From: Amphiscolops sp. MND2022
Lineage: Eukaryota
Length of the DNA: 64,000 nucleotides
Assembly (NCBI GenBank): GCA_964187785.1
Contig: OZ076409.1
Span: 40,736,001 to 40,800,000, forward strand
Direction of reading: 5' to 3'
Below, one piece after another: positions 12,363 to 26,820 of the stretch. The stretch's first letter is position 1. Every line of letters starts with the position of its first letter. Under the pieces are notes generated by a model. It ran no database searches. It had not been told where the DNA came from and saw only the letters and a program-made list of their open reading frames with translations. The position numbers and the translations under genes are program-made.

Positions 12363-14071
12363 TTCCATAAAAACATTAGGCTGTAAAAAATTGTCCAAAC
12401 AACATGTTCAGCCTAGCTGCGTGAAACTTCTTGTTTTTGCAAACGAGTGAATTAGCTGAAGACGCTTTGTTTCCAATTTTGGAATCTTTATTGTTTTTAC
12501 AGCAATCTGTAACAAGAGAAAGAAGCACTTGTTTTGAGTCGAGGGTGTTCTGGAATGTCATCACTTCACTCGAGTGGGATGAAAAGTGCATACAGACAAA
12601 GAGGATATTGTATTGAGCACATTTCAATGTCCATTGGTTGTTACTGCTAACAAAAATTCAACAAGGTTTTGAAAGTTCTTTTCAAGTGTTCCAAGTTATT
12701 CATGCGCTGGCTGTATTGTTCAAGAGCCCTTCAAGTTAAATTTAAATGAATTCAGTTGTAAACTTCAATGCTCGTCCAATCGAAATGGAGCATGACAAAA
12801 CAACCTCGTTAATTGTCTTCACGGTGAAATTTTGTTTTCTGATGAATCGAGTCGTTCTTTTTCAGGGGGAATTTTTATTCGTAACAAAAATATCTGACAA
12901 GCTCTATGTTCAAACAAAAATTTATGTCGCCGCTTCCGAAAACACATCACATTTAGAAGTTGCTGGTCATTTTGATATTCATTTTTGTAATTTGAATGGC
13001 AAAACTATTAAACTTTTGCTCATTTTCAACTCAAATATTTCAGTAAGAGATTCAGTTGTACTTTTCGAGCACTTTGTTTCCGTATTGAATTAGGTGTTGC
13101 CAATTTTTCCAAAAATGTGTTTATTTCTGACTCTTGATCAGCCCAAGGTACGCAGTAGCGAACGGGGTAAAGCAGCTGATTTCGAATATGTGACAAAACA
13201 GCTATTTATCCTGTTTTGTCCCGTTCCTGATTCAGAGATTGTTTTTTTTGTATCATTATGAAAAAGAAAGGTACCGTCTTTTTCACATACGGCACATACG
13301 GTTACCCTGGGTTGTCAGCACGGGTATTATAATACATGCTTCATTTTTTTCTTCCATTCCAACAAAATTACACCAAACTACGTTTTACAATTCGTTTGTG
13401 ACCTTGGTTTTCACTGGAAATGCATGTTCTAATTAACAAAGCGTAAAAAGCTGAAATGACACAAGAAAGACTTAATTAGAATCACCGAGGACTGTACAGT
13501 CGTTACCCGCCGATAGGAGATTGATACTTTGACGAATAGCTACAACTCATTTTGGTTCTATCAAAATGATGCTCGCTTGAAAATTGGAAAGAAAACTAGA
13601 ACCAGCAAAAGCATCCAGAAGTACATGAAAAATGAAATACTCAGTCTTGAACGGTTCTTATTTTGTCATCATGTGTTTTTCTTTGAAATCAAGATTTGAA
13701 GCTATGACGGTAAATTCTCTTTATGATTCATAACTTTCAACATCATGAAACGGTTGCCAAGAGTTAGCGTTTGCTAAAACGGTTGCTAAGAGTTTCCTTT
13801 TCCAATCTGTTTTTTTGTAACTTACTGCAGTATCGTAGTGATAAGATCTAGCTGAAATTGGCATATGTGTAAGCTTGAATTTTGACAGAAGTGGACAACA
13901 TAATATAAATAGTAATGATATTATTTACTATTCATTAAAGTAATACAGCCAAATTTACAAAAACAGAAGTCACAAATCTAGGAAAAGTACAAAATGAATG
14001 AAGTTTGAATTTAAACTATTAACTTGATGAATTCGAACGTGATACCGCTTTTGTTTTATTGCCAGAATGAA

Positions 14072-14983
<912 letters not shown>

Positions 14984-15099
14984 TTAGTTTGGGTTGAGTT
15001 TGAGAAGGGAAAGAGATAGAAAGAGGAATAGCTTAAATTGGAGAAGCCGACAACGATTTCTATGACGTTTGATTTGCAAGTGGGAAGGCAAAGATTAAA

Positions 15100-15460
15100 C
15101 ACAACTTAAATTGGCTCACTGATGATTAATATAGATTAGAAACGCGGGACTTAATTGAATTTAAACTACCGGGCACCTTATCTCCAATAAAAGCAAGGCT
15201 CAGTTTATTGGTCTTAATAAAATCCCGCTGGTCTTAAAAAGATTAATAACCAGAAGCAACCCGGTAACCCAGCGGATCCAAATGTTTCGCCCGTGTCACC
15301 TCTTTATTGCCAAGTCACCCTTCATTTTGCACCGGTTTCGACACTCCAACAAGTCTCGATATTAATTTTATGAATCGACTGTAATTTTCACCTACTTTCC
15401 AACTTTTATTCTAACCCGTCTCCGTGCCACACAAATCACCTGGACCCGGTTTTGTCATGT
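15100..15460. promoter_or_regulatory. Candidate intronic cis-regulatory block of Pitx
   Basis: Non-repetitive segment just upstream of the acceptor. It has clustered homeodomain-type cores (tgatgattaat, agatta x2, cttaattg, caataaaa, tttattg x2, taataaaa). Confidence 0.3.
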
Positions 15461-16475
15461 CGCCAAATATAAACGTTTCACTTCACACCATATATTTCTA
15501 CTTCGCTAATAAATTATTTTGCATGTCGCCAATTCAAAAGTCCTGACAAATTGTTACAAAAACAAAAGATTTTCTAATCAACACTTTACTATTTTGAACT
15601 TTAAGATTCATGGGCAACTCTGTTTTGCTTTCTAATTGTTTTAAAACTTTGATGTGGATGTGCAAAACTAGTTAGAACAACATTACAAATGAGATTTTAA
15701 TCACATTTTACGAGCAACATTTTAAATCAAATTTTATTTCACCCCACTTGAGCTCTTAACGTAGGAAGTGCTGTACTCATTTCCATTACGGATAAGATTC
15801 TCAAAATTCCGTTCAATTAATGCTTATTAGAAAGTGAATTTGGGAGTGGAAAACTGGAGAAATCAAAAAATGAGGAAAAAACATGAAAATTTCAGAAACT
15901 CTTTATCAATTATTGACATGTTTCTTGCACATCTTTTGCACACGTCTCGGATTGCATTGTTCAAGTATCGATGCAAGCCGAGACGTGTGCAAAAGATTTA
16001 TCAATTGGTCAGAATTAACTAACTCCAATTTTCCTTTTTTTCCAAAACGATTCATCTTGTTTGCGGTCGTTCCTTCAAACAAAACGCCTATTGAAGCAGG
16101 CCGGGATCCAAACTAGCACAAAAAGTTGTGAAATTGAAATGAAAAATATTTTGCACTTTTGACTTGGTTTTTATAATTTTAAAAAAAATCTATTTTTCAT
16201 GAATGTATATGTTACGAATTCAATTTTATGTCGTTGAAATCAGTGGAAAGATTTCTCTCTTTTGACTATCAAACTGGAGGGACAGTCACTTTTCTTTTTC
16301 CATGTAAAATATGGACGGAAAACAAAATGATATTTCTGTTTATCCATCGAGGAATGTCTGATTCACTTAGTAAAAAGACTGGAGAGTTGTTAAAATTTCA
16401 GACGGGGTTGCGTCACTCTGAACGTTAAAAGTTCAGACGGGGTTGCGTTAAAATAGTCCAACAACAATCTTAGAG

Positions 16476-16710
16476 CCAAGCAAGGCTCAAATTCAAAATT
16501 TATCTGAAGGAACAAAGATTTTGAAATTTCATTATTAAACGAAAATCACTGCAGTCGGTAAAACAATCTGAGTAAAAAAAAAACTGTGCGCGTGGTTTGG
16601 TTTTTTAACTCAGATTTTTTATCGACTGCGCAGTGATTTTCCTTTAAAGACTGAAATTTCATATTCTTTGTTCCTTCAGATAACTTTTGAATTTAATGCT
16701 CAGTTTGGTC
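16476..16710. repeat. Imperfect long palindrome (~100-bp arms) in the putative Pitx intron
   Basis: tatctgaaggaacaaaga...gaaaatcactgc...aatctgagt is mirrored by actcagatt...gcagtgattttc...tctttgttccttcagata. Confidence 0.85.
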
Positions 16711-17990
16711 AGTGGGGTTGAACATTTTATTAAATTAAACCTTTTATTTTAAATTATTTTTTATTTCTAACAGTCGAGGTTCAAGTGTGCCACGAAAAAC
16801 ACTTTCCATATTTCTGGGTTCAAGGAAACGCGTATTTTCTGATAGTTTAGTATACAGGAATCATATGAAGTTTTGCTTGAATTTTCACTTTATTAATTAT
16901 TAATTGTTCTCGGTTGCAGTTGCGGCAAAAACTCGTTGCTTGCCCTTGAAAGTCTGCTCGAAAACTAATTTTAGAAAATCTCCTTTCAGTAAGCTTCATT
17001 TTAAACCTGCTGTTCAGTTTTTGATCAACCTTTCAATCATTTTCTAGTAGATCTGCACTTATGTTGTTGACCGATACTGGAAAATGATCATTTCATGTAT
17101 TATCCGGTTCACTTACAACAAACGGGACAGACTAAACAATTACGTGAAACTATAGTATGCCAATCAATTTTCAAACTACGAAGTAATTTTTGTGCGTGAA
17201 TTCAACTGAAATGATTTTTGTGAGGAAAATATCGTAACACCCGCAAAAAAAGACTCCGAACTGCCTTCAAGTCTTTAAGTTTCGGGAAAATGTAGTTTAA
17301 ATGAATATAGTTGAAAGTTAAATTGTACAACGAATTCAGAGAATAATGACCACAAGAACTTGTGAAAACTCCTTTTCTTTTAATAACAATGATTTTCATT
17401 AATCCTATTTAAATTCAACACCAGATTAATTCAAAACCAGATAATTCTGATAAATGATAAATTTAATCCATTTGGAGCTTTGACGTAAAGAGATAGACTT
17501 AAGTTTGACAATTTGATTTCTGGAAGTAGAGGGTTTGTACAAAAAAGGCAGAATGAAAATATACTTACACTTGGCTGAGTGAATTGAAATTCAAATAACA
17601 AAATGAAAAGTTGAGATTTTGAAGCTGAAACAAAAACTTTTAAAAATTGCAACTGTATTCAACTGAAGAAGTTAAATGACTGAATCTTGACTTGACAATT
17701 TCTGTTGAAAAAGTGAAATTACCTTAAAATGTGTTGCAAAACATTAATTAGCATCGGGAAGGGGGATTACCCCAATGGCCAAATTAGCCGGGTTTCAAAT
17801 GTTCAAAACAGACGAAGTCCTTCAATGTTTGCGAAACGATTATCATCATAATCAACCCGAATGAAGAAGTCAGTTTAATATCACTTATTGGTTCGGTTTC
17901 TGTGTACTTTTTGAATTATATCTCATTAATAAATGAAGAGTTAGTGACAGAGTGTATTTCAAACAATTAGGCCAATTAAGCGATTATTAC

Positions 17991-18315
17991 TTTTATCCTC
18001 CGAGTTGTTTGATTTGAGATTTACGTTGACTGGAACCACGGCCGCTGATTGGTCGGTGCCTGAAGGGACGTAAGGAGGATGGGTGACGTTGGTGATTGAA
18101 AGCTGGTTGTTGAGATGTTGTTGCGAATTGTTGTTAATGTTGTTTTTTGAGGGGAGTGCCGGAGTCGTTACTGGTGTGGGAGGCACTTTAGACGGGGAGT
18201 GGAGGGTGGAAGAAGTTGGCGGGGGTACTGGGACAATCGAGGTGTACTCAGGTGTGACAACAGCGGCGACTGCAGCAGAAGCAATGAGAGATTTGTTGAG
18301 CAATAAAGCGTCCAT
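17991..18315 (-). CDS. Pitx: Probable first coding exon of Pitx (Pro/Thr/Asn-rich N-terminus)
   Basis: ATG at 18315 (MDALLLNKSLIASAAVAAVVTPEY...) lies in a GC-richer, low-complexity coding-like stretch. Donor AA|GTAATA at 17990 is phase 1, matching the phase-1 acceptor at 14964. The joined ORF would be 405 aa. The splice is inferred, not observed. Confidence 0.55.
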
Positions 18316-19260
18316 CAATCGGTTCAAGAAGATCCGATTTGAGCCCACAAACTTAACAGTAAGTTTGTTCACACTTCTGGTTGTTTGTCAACAAAATTCC
18401 ACACAATTCTTAACACTACTGATTTTTATCCGCGTTAGAGAAACAATGAGGAAATGGTATTTGGACGGCAGAGTAAAAGTCGGGCTGTGGGTCTTAAATG
18501 TCGGGTGCAATCAGCGGGCGGGCGGGTTGCTGACTAGTGACGGGGGATTTTGAATTATGGGCTCAGCTCAGGTAAACTCAGACTGTTAGAGGTAGAAGAA
18601 AAGCAGGTCCTGTCGCAATGAGTGACTTACAGTTGCAGCCAATGCCAACGCACTTGTTGCGTGTTTCGGAAACGAGGCGATCTTTGGAGAATTATCGTTA
18701 GCGATTTAGAAAGATTTGACCGAATTCCCTCAAGACTGGCGCTAAACTGCAGTACGCCAGCAAAAATGGGGAGACAGTTTTGAATTAAAAATTTAATTTA
18801 CAATCATCTGGATTCGGCAACGGCCAGATGGCGCCAATTTGGAGATCTTCTCAATATTTATCCCGGATGCCACCTTTCTATATTGGAAAATTGCCTGTAC
18901 CAATATGTAACCCGCTGTTCAATAAAAGAGTCCTATTCTGTAATTAATTATGTTAAACCCGGCTTCTCTACCTACTGTAAACTTTCGATTTATTGGATTT
19001 TGCAGAGAAAACTAAAATTTGTTTATTCCACTGTTCCGTTGCCAAAAGTCAACTCGGCTCTATTAATCAGAGACAAACTAAATTTAAAACCACTTTGGTT
19101 GCCACAAACTACAAAATAGATTTGCGAATTTTCACCAAATGTCCACATTTTAGCCCTGCAACTGGCATTAATTTACCTAATTTTTGATTTATTGGCCTAG
19201 ACATTCTGCCATAATTTGAGCCCCACTGCACCTCCTAGATTCCCCTCACACATAATTCAC

Positions 19261-19305
19261 ACTCACACACTCTCTCTCTCTCCCTCTCTCCCTACTCTCT
19301 CCCTT
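19261..19305. promoter_or_regulatory. CT/GA-rich tract upstream of Pitx (candidate promoter element)
   Basis: actcacacactctctctctctccctctctccctactctctccc, ~1 kb upstream of the inferred first coding exon, in unique GC-richer sequence. Confidence 0.3.
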
Positions 19306-20499
19306 GACTGGGTAACCACCGGAGAAGCCTAAACCCACGGATCCCTGCTTAAGCCCGGCCCCCTTTAAAGTGCAATTTGGCAAATTTGCCCGCCTCGGGT
19401 GAGAAAACAAACTGTAATTTGTTGCTGTCCAACTTGAGGAAACCGGAAATTCGACGATAATGCGAGCAAAAATTGTTTTCCTTATAAATGCATCTGTTTA
19501 CACTTTCACATGAAAGCCATCCGCTAGATCAGAGAACAAGCGGGGTACCAAAAATTAGAAGGAGTCTTAAAAATTAATTGAAGTTGTCTAACTTGGATAT
19601 GAGAAAGTATTGGCGACACAATGACTATCTTTTAAAGGATTTCACCTTTTTTCTTTGTACAAAATGCGAGGAATTATGGAAGGTATAAAGCCTACTTTTG
19701 AAAAGCTCTTCTGAAACCGGGATTGATTTTTCCGGAAGTTCCTAAAACACACACAGCTTCAACACAAGCTTAATTCAATTTTTGGCAAACCATACTAAAG
19801 ATTTACCTGAAAGTAGGTATAAATATTTTGTCGCCTTCTTATAAATCCTTACCGCAAGTGTTCAATTTCTTTGAAAAGGAAAAATAAATTATTAATTTCT
19901 AGAACAAGTTGAAGAAAGCCGTGAAATTATTATAGTGCTTGTAGTTTATGAACCTTAGTCCTTTTGAGCTTTGCGAAAAGTCGACCAATTTTAGGAAAAT
20001 CCCGAAAGTTGAAAATATTGAGGGAAAAACTCTGCTGATCTTGTCCGTTGGTCGAAAATTTCGAGTAACCTTCCAAAATGCTGTAGTTTTTTTAAACTAC
20101 CCAAAATGTAAAATAATTGAAAGTTAGCAAAACGAAATTGAAATTGATTGAATCTTTCATACAATTGACTGAAGATTTAGTTAAGATGATGGGATAAGAA
20201 CAAATCGCCGTTTTGAGCGTTGCATTTTTAACGTTTTATCGAAATATGGTAGATTAAATTTTGATCAATGCGCCTTAGAATAAAGTATTTTGTTTGGGTT
20301 TTTCAATCAGAGCGCTTTTTGTCGAAATCAGGGAGAATTTTGCAGCGATTAAATTGATCTGAGTATTTTACTTAGCTCGTTTATAAATCAAATGGGTTTA
20401 CCATTAGTATCTGCCTTAACTTTGCTATACGTATATTCCTGAAGGCTAAATCAACTCCTCGCTGCGAAATTTGTTCAGAATTCTAATCAACAAATCAAA

Positions 20500-21310
20500 C
20501 AGATTTTTGGACCATGTTTCTTATTACCCGCAGGTTGCGTGGGGAGGAGTACGGTGGATAAGAAACAAGGTTCAAATACCTTTATATCGCCACTATTGAA
20601 ATTTTCGTACAATAAAATAATTGATGTCGACATAATCCTATCTTTTACATTAATTCACAGTTACAATGTGCAATTTTTTGTTGCAGAGAAAGTTTGCTTT
20701 GAAAAAGATGGCTTTTTATAAAAATTTTAACTTGTTCCAAGCGTGAATTTTCGCTCTTTTGAACAAAAATATCGAAAAAAGTTCCTTTTTTGCTGGATGT
20801 GTCAAAACAGCTGTAAAGACAATCCTTCAAGTATTTTTTTTGTAAAATCTATTTATTAGTGATAAAATGTGCTTTTGTGTTGAGGGATTCGAGACAAGGT
20901 TTACAAAGGGGAAAACGTGGTCCAGATTTTTTTCCAGAAGATAATTGGAGCCATATTTTTCATCACCCAAGCGACGAACAGGATTCAAATGCCATTATGT
21001 CAACATTGTTAGGGCTAAGATTTTTGTCTAATAAAATAGTTGATGTCGAAATACATCTACCGTTTGCAATGATTCACAGTTAAAAAATTGCTCATAATAT
21101 TAAATTGAGGAAAACCTTTCAATGAAATAGGGGGCTCTCGATACATTTTTGGTCTTTTCCAAGAGTGATTTGTTTCTATTTTCAACGAAAAATATCAAAA
21201 AATCATAATCTTTCTTCACTGGAAGTGTCAATACAGCTCTAAACACAATCCTTCAACTATTTTAAACCATAATGAATTCTGTTATTCGTGCAAACATTTT
21301 TCAGGTAAAA
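20500..21310. repeat. Two tandem copies of an unclassified interspersed repeat (further copies at ~43270-43620)
   Basis: Shared ggttcaaat...gatgtcgacataatcc.atcttttacatt...cagtta blocks at ~20566, ~20980, ~43315 and ~43520. Confidence 0.6.
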
Positions 21311-21319
21311 AAACGCTTT

Positions 21320-24300
21320 TGTTTGTATTGGAGTAGATGTTGAGTTCGGGAAGACGTTCTCAGGTTCAGAATCTGAGTTTTCCAAACTTCGGAGAGTTAC
21401 TAGTTTTTTTAACAGCCGAGGCTATAGCTTAAACATCTCATTTTAGTTCTCGGCTAAGATTTTAGTAAGATCGGACATGATCTCTTTCCTCAGAGACGTT
21501 TTATTCTCGTCTAATTTCTCAGGTTGCATTTTAGGAGACTTACTCGGACCAGCTACGTAACTTTCAGTTTGATTATTCTCAGCCGTAGAATAGCTGAATT
21601 CTCTTGTACAAGTTCAGCCACAGCTTTTTTTCTGGCTTCTAGTTGTCATTTTTTATGAGGATCAAAGGTTGAGAACTTCGGTAAAATCGAATTCTTCAAA
21701 AAATTGTTAAGTTACTGAAAAGAAGATGCGATTTTAAAACAGCAAATAGACTGACTAAAACTTACATGTCATTCTACATATTATATACTTTCTCGGCATC
21801 ATTTGTTCTTCACCTAAAAATTCATAGGTATCACAAAAATTGGGTTAGTTCAATAAAACTTCCCAATATTCCAAATCACTTCAGTCCCGCTTCAAAAAAT
21901 CAGGTGTCGAAATTCCTAGTTTCGTAACCTTTCCCTACCATTTGTTGGTATTACTTTTGTTCACGCTAGCACATTTCCTGCTGAGTCTTGAAATGGCGGC
22001 GAAATAAAAGACCGCTCAATATTTTCATCAGCGGTGGCACGCCGTCGTTATCAATTAGTCAATTTCCAAAGTGAAAATTTTGCAGTTCAAGACAAAAGTA
22101 TGACACGCAAAAATAATGACGCGGTTGGAACGCAGTAAATATTTTCAGGATTGGAATTGTTCAAAGTTTGACATTGGAGGGAACAAATGATGCCAGATTT
22201 ACAATTTGGTTATTATGACAATTGTAAAAAAGTTATGGCAGCGAAACTGGAAACGAAGCTATAGAACTTACATGTTGTGCTATGGAACTCGCACAAGTTG
22301 AAAGCAAAGAAAAGTAGCATCATGATCTTTACAAGGGTTAAAACATAACATGAACGTAAAAGCAACGAAAATCAGATCTAAACGTTTACACGAATTCAAA
22401 CATTACAGTAGTAAGAACTTCTCACCATCACGATAAATTAGAACAATTGGCTTGCCTATGAAAAAGGGAGACCTTTCGTTGTCTTTGTGTAACATGAAAA
22501 TTGTGCATCATAATAAAAGTGTGGTATTTGATATCATTTCCAAAAAAGGGATCCATAACGTAAGATAAACATAACTCTATCATGTTTGACGGTACAAATT
22601 TAGACATTAAGTTTAAAATCATGACTCTAATTCTTCCTTATAGTACAGCTTTTATTACATAAATCTTAAACTTGAAACACTTTATACCGTCGTTTTCTAA
22701 GAGAACCTTTTGAGATTCTGCGCTAAATTTCATTCCCTAACAAATAAAAAACTTTTTCATTTACGAACTATAGTTTCATAAAATCCCCAGAGTTCAGCTA
22801 ACATCGCACGTAATCATATCATTTCCTTCAAGCGTCGCTTTTATTTCATCCAAGCATGAAGTAGAAATTATTTCGTCTCGATAAACCGGAAATGCACCCA
22901 TGCTTGTATTGAGACTTCCTGTTTCGCTGCTTGGATTGGCGGGAGTTTCAACGTGGAGCTAAGGCTGGCATGAACAATTGTTTGTTTTTTGATTTTCAGC
23001 TCGGAAACTCATGAGTAATGTTTAAAATGGGAATTTGGATGACGCTAGAAGAAGAAGGGAATATTAGCATCTTTGACAAGAATTCATGTGTTTAAGTTGA
23101 TAAAGATAGGCAACCAATAATATTTGAAAGTCAACAGTACTTGAACTATCTATCATCGGACAACGATACGTTAACGTCAAGCAACTTCAAAATATGCAAA
23201 CAGCATTACCGGACGACGTATTAACGTCAAATATTGTACAGTTCTAACAATTCAGCTACATTTAACCTTGTACAAATCGAGAAAACTAGTTAGGGTTGAA
23301 CGGCTCAATCTGGGAAATTGGTTACAAATAGCATTTGCGAATGATATTCATCGACAGAGTATTGATATCATGGAGTATACAAGGCAGAAAATGAGATTTC
23401 GTTTAATTGATGACGCGTTACCGTTAAGTTTTCACAAAGTTAGAGACCTGGTTACAAACAGCAAGCTTTAACGAGGCACCGGGAAAACGCGTTCCAAAAC
23501 CGATCGCATATATCACAATGATTTACTGTACCCTAACCTGATCTGTATTCAATATAAAAGACACAACACATTTTCATGGACTTTCGTGTTCATTTCAGAT
23601 TTGACAATCTCAATCAAAAGCTGTGACCTCCTCATCTTAGATAGATTTAAACACTATAATTTTAAGATTGATTCGGAAGAAGTAAGCTTAAGTAACCTAT
23701 TGTGTCTAAAATTATCTCTAGTTGACTCAATTTGGACGTCGAAACATGTTTTTCGTACATGTTGCTCGAATGTTGACCTAGCGGTGACGTAACATTAAAA
23801 ATAGGCTTAATCGCTCAGTTCTCATACATTTGCGACGTGTGTTGACATAAAATTGAAATCAGCCTTAGCTAGCTGCCTCAACTGACTAACGCTGACGTAT
23901 ATTTGAAAAAGCTTTAGCTAGCTGCTATCTTGGTGGCGTAGCACCGACGTACTTTGTTATTATACCTCACTACGATTTGATGGGACTGTGATGTCACAAA
24001 TATATTCTCTGAAACCATCAACGCGGTTGTGACATCGTCAAGCATATTGTAATCTAAACCAGCGGTGCCTTAATTGCTTACCTAGCGAATCTCCATCGTC
24101 CTCAATCACTCTAATTGCTTTTAAACTATTAGGCTGCCTCAGCCAGAAAAGCGTAATGCTCTAATGTCTACTTTTGATGTATTTCATATATTAAAGATCT
24201 TGCTATCATCTTTTCCACATGTGTCTTTCAAATATGTTTTCAGGTGGAATAATGGCATTGTTTCCGGCGTCATCGGAACGTCTTGACGGAATTGCGTCAA

Positions 24301-24494
24301 GTCATTTTAATTTGTCGGTTTACGTTTTCTGTTCAAATATAGAATTTCTAGATTTTGGCTAGTCACAGCTTATTTTCGCGTTTATTGTCTTTAATAGTAT
24401 TGTCTCACGAATTCTGTTGCGCAGCTATGTCCTCTTCCTATCCCTATCCCCACTCTCCTACACCCGCAATCCAGTCCGGGTGCAGACTGTGAGA
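21320..24494 (-). mobile_element. Degenerate long LTR remnant (family A), possibly composite
   Basis: The outer end cccgcaatccagtccgggtgcagactgtgaga matches 30800 and 48662. A decayed frame MTTRSQK...GPSKSPK...SLRKEIMSDLTKILAEN starts at ~21650. Segment 22810-22980 aligns with 47015-47165. The inner end is truncated. Confidence 0.7.
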
Positions 24495-25694
24495 GTTCGT
24501 TCGTAATGTAATGTGAAACCGTGATTGGAGTTATCCACATAAAAAATATTTTGAGTTTTTATTCTTGAAAAAAAAACAGAAATATAATGCTAAAAATTTG
24601 CGATTTTCAGGAATTCCAGTCAACTCGAGTTTGGGATCCCAAGAATCGTTTTTGTTGTATACGATGTAGCAACTACAAAAGCGAACTTTTACTCAGGGTG
24701 TTAAAGGGATGAAATACGTCTCTCCATGCCTGCTCCTTCTTGAACTGCTCCAAAGAGTTGCTTTTTGCTTTTTTTGTCTGGCACTGGTGCCGTAATAAAT
24801 GGAAGGCGTCTTTTTGAGCGTTCGGTTATTAAATGCTTGCAGGCGTGCTATTAAAGTTCGAGTGCTGCACTCTGTCCGTGTTTTGAATTAAAAGACTTTT
24901 AGTTCTCAAAAATGGAAGATTTTCTGTATATTGTTTACAAATAGTACAATTTTAAAATGTAAAATTGATTTGCTGGCTTAAATGGGATTCTCATGAGAAT
25001 CTCATCTTCAGGTATGTATTGATGTAGGCTGTCGATAAATGTCTTACAATTCGAATGCTCAAGTATGTTTTACTCGTTTTTTTTTGGGGACGTCTACGAT
25101 GTGCTTGGTAAAAAATGCACTGATAAAATAATATTCTTTTTACTCTCAATCATTTAGAATGGAATTCTCATTACGTTACCAAATCTTCAACTGAAGATTG
25201 TTCGAGCCTTCGGAAAAAGTCTAAACGTCTTCACCAGTCAGCTCACTGTCACTTTTGACATTTGAAAGTTATTTCGTAGAATTTCCAGTTTGGATGATGG
25301 ACAAGCTGAAGTTTAAAGTTGCGTTGAAACGGTTGTTGACAAATATTAGGAATTTTCGAGAACTAGAAAGTTTTTATGCAATTTTTATTCTTTGGGTTCA
25401 CTCACGTAAGATCAAAAGAGCGCTCATTCTAGACTGAAGAGATTTTTGGACACTCTTGAAACATTCTTTTTACGTCATTAGTTGTGTAATAACAAACCCT
25501 TTAGGAAAATGAAACTGAAATGTGCGAAACAATCGATTGCTCGTTGATAAACAATAAAATATCTACACTGAAAAACAATTCTCGTTCGGTTTGGAGATAC
25601 TAGCTGCGCCAAATCGCGATGGCTTTCAATCTCGCTCGCGGCGCAATTTCGAAATGTTTTGAAAAGATAAGAGTGCTCCGTCTGGTTAAGCAGC

Positions 25695-26050
25695 AACAAG
25701 ACGGGAACGTCCCAAGTCGGCGCCATATCTTAGGCTCAAAAATATTCAAGGAACAACTATTGGAAAAATTTGGAAAAAAGATTTTTTTTTCAAAAAAAAA
25801 ATTTTTGATTTTTTTTTTCGAAAAAAAAGTATTTTTTAGGTCGCACAATGCCGAAAAACTCAAAAAGAGGCCATTCAGGCTCATTCAACGTTTTCTACAA
25901 ACCGAAAACTGGAAGATGAACAAATATGAAAGATGAACAAAAATTGTAAGAAAAGTGGACCACTCAGAGTGAGATTGTCAACTGAAAAAAAAAAAAACTA
26001 CTCACTGTAAGAGTCGGGCTTTTTTCCTTAAGGGAAAAGGCGCCGACTAA
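25695..26050 (-). mobile_element. Helentron/DINE-1-like non-autonomous element (HINE)
   Basis: On the minus strand: TT|AGTCGGCGCC 5' subTIR, then GGCGCCGACT 3' subTIR, then hairpin GGGA-CGT-TCCC and terminal CTTGTT. Confidence 0.75.
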
Positions 26051-26661
26051 AAATGTCACGCGTCTCGCAAGGACCAAAGACAGCTCTGATATCAAATTCT
26101 TGATGTTTTACAAACTTGCAGATTTTGGAAGAAAAACATCACATATCAAACTACCACCACACATAGTAAAAATCAACATTCGCCGATAGTTTCAAAAGAC
26201 TTCAAGTTGCACTTTTTCAGAACCTAATTTTCAATTATCGAGTATTCTCTAGAATCTGAGACTCCACCACACGTACGACTGGAGAGCTGGAAAGCTGGAA
26301 AATGCTTTCCACTTGGTCTAGAGGTAAGCGGAAATATCTATGCCACGTGATGTGGTCTGGAAAGCAGGATTACGAAGGCTCGACGCCTTTTGGCACTTTT
26401 TCGGCACTTTACAAATTTTTGCCTATACTGCAAATAGAATTGTCTCACTGTTCTTCTTTTCATTTATAACAGCTTTTTGGAAATAGTGTTTCAAAAGCAT
26501 AGAGGCCAAGGGTTTTTCGGCTCTGTGCAACCTAATGAAGAACTTTTGAGTTAGAAATCTTTTCCATCAATTTTTGTCAAACAAACTTTGAATATTTTTT
26601 CTTTTCTGTTGAGAAAAATCGTTTTTAGTCAGAGCTTTAATCAATTAAAGAGCCCAACCAT

Positions 26662-26820
26662 TACAGTCGTAAGATGGATTTCTTTAAGACAAACTTGAAT
26701 TCGACGAAACTTTTGTTCAGTTTGTTCAACTAAACGAATACTATTCGTTTAGTTGAACAAACTGAACAAAAGTTTCGTCGAATTCAAGTTTGTCTTAAAG
26801 AAATCCATCTTACGACTGTA
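26662..26820. repeat. Perfect palindrome, 79-bp arms, 1-nt loop (C 26741)
   Basis: tacagtcgtaagatgg...aaacgaata-C-tattcgttt...ccatcttacgactgta. Confidence 0.97.

Noticed and set aside
11966..12450. ORFs of 96-136 aa
   Set aside because: Artefacts of reading through the 200-N gap.
12376..13093. Possible hAT transposase remnant
   Set aside because: Only a vague resemblance; no TIR, TSD or diagnostic residues.
18083..18553. Plus-strand 156-aa ORF
   Set aside because: Antisense shadow of the Pro/Thr-rich minus-strand exon; it starts at GTG.
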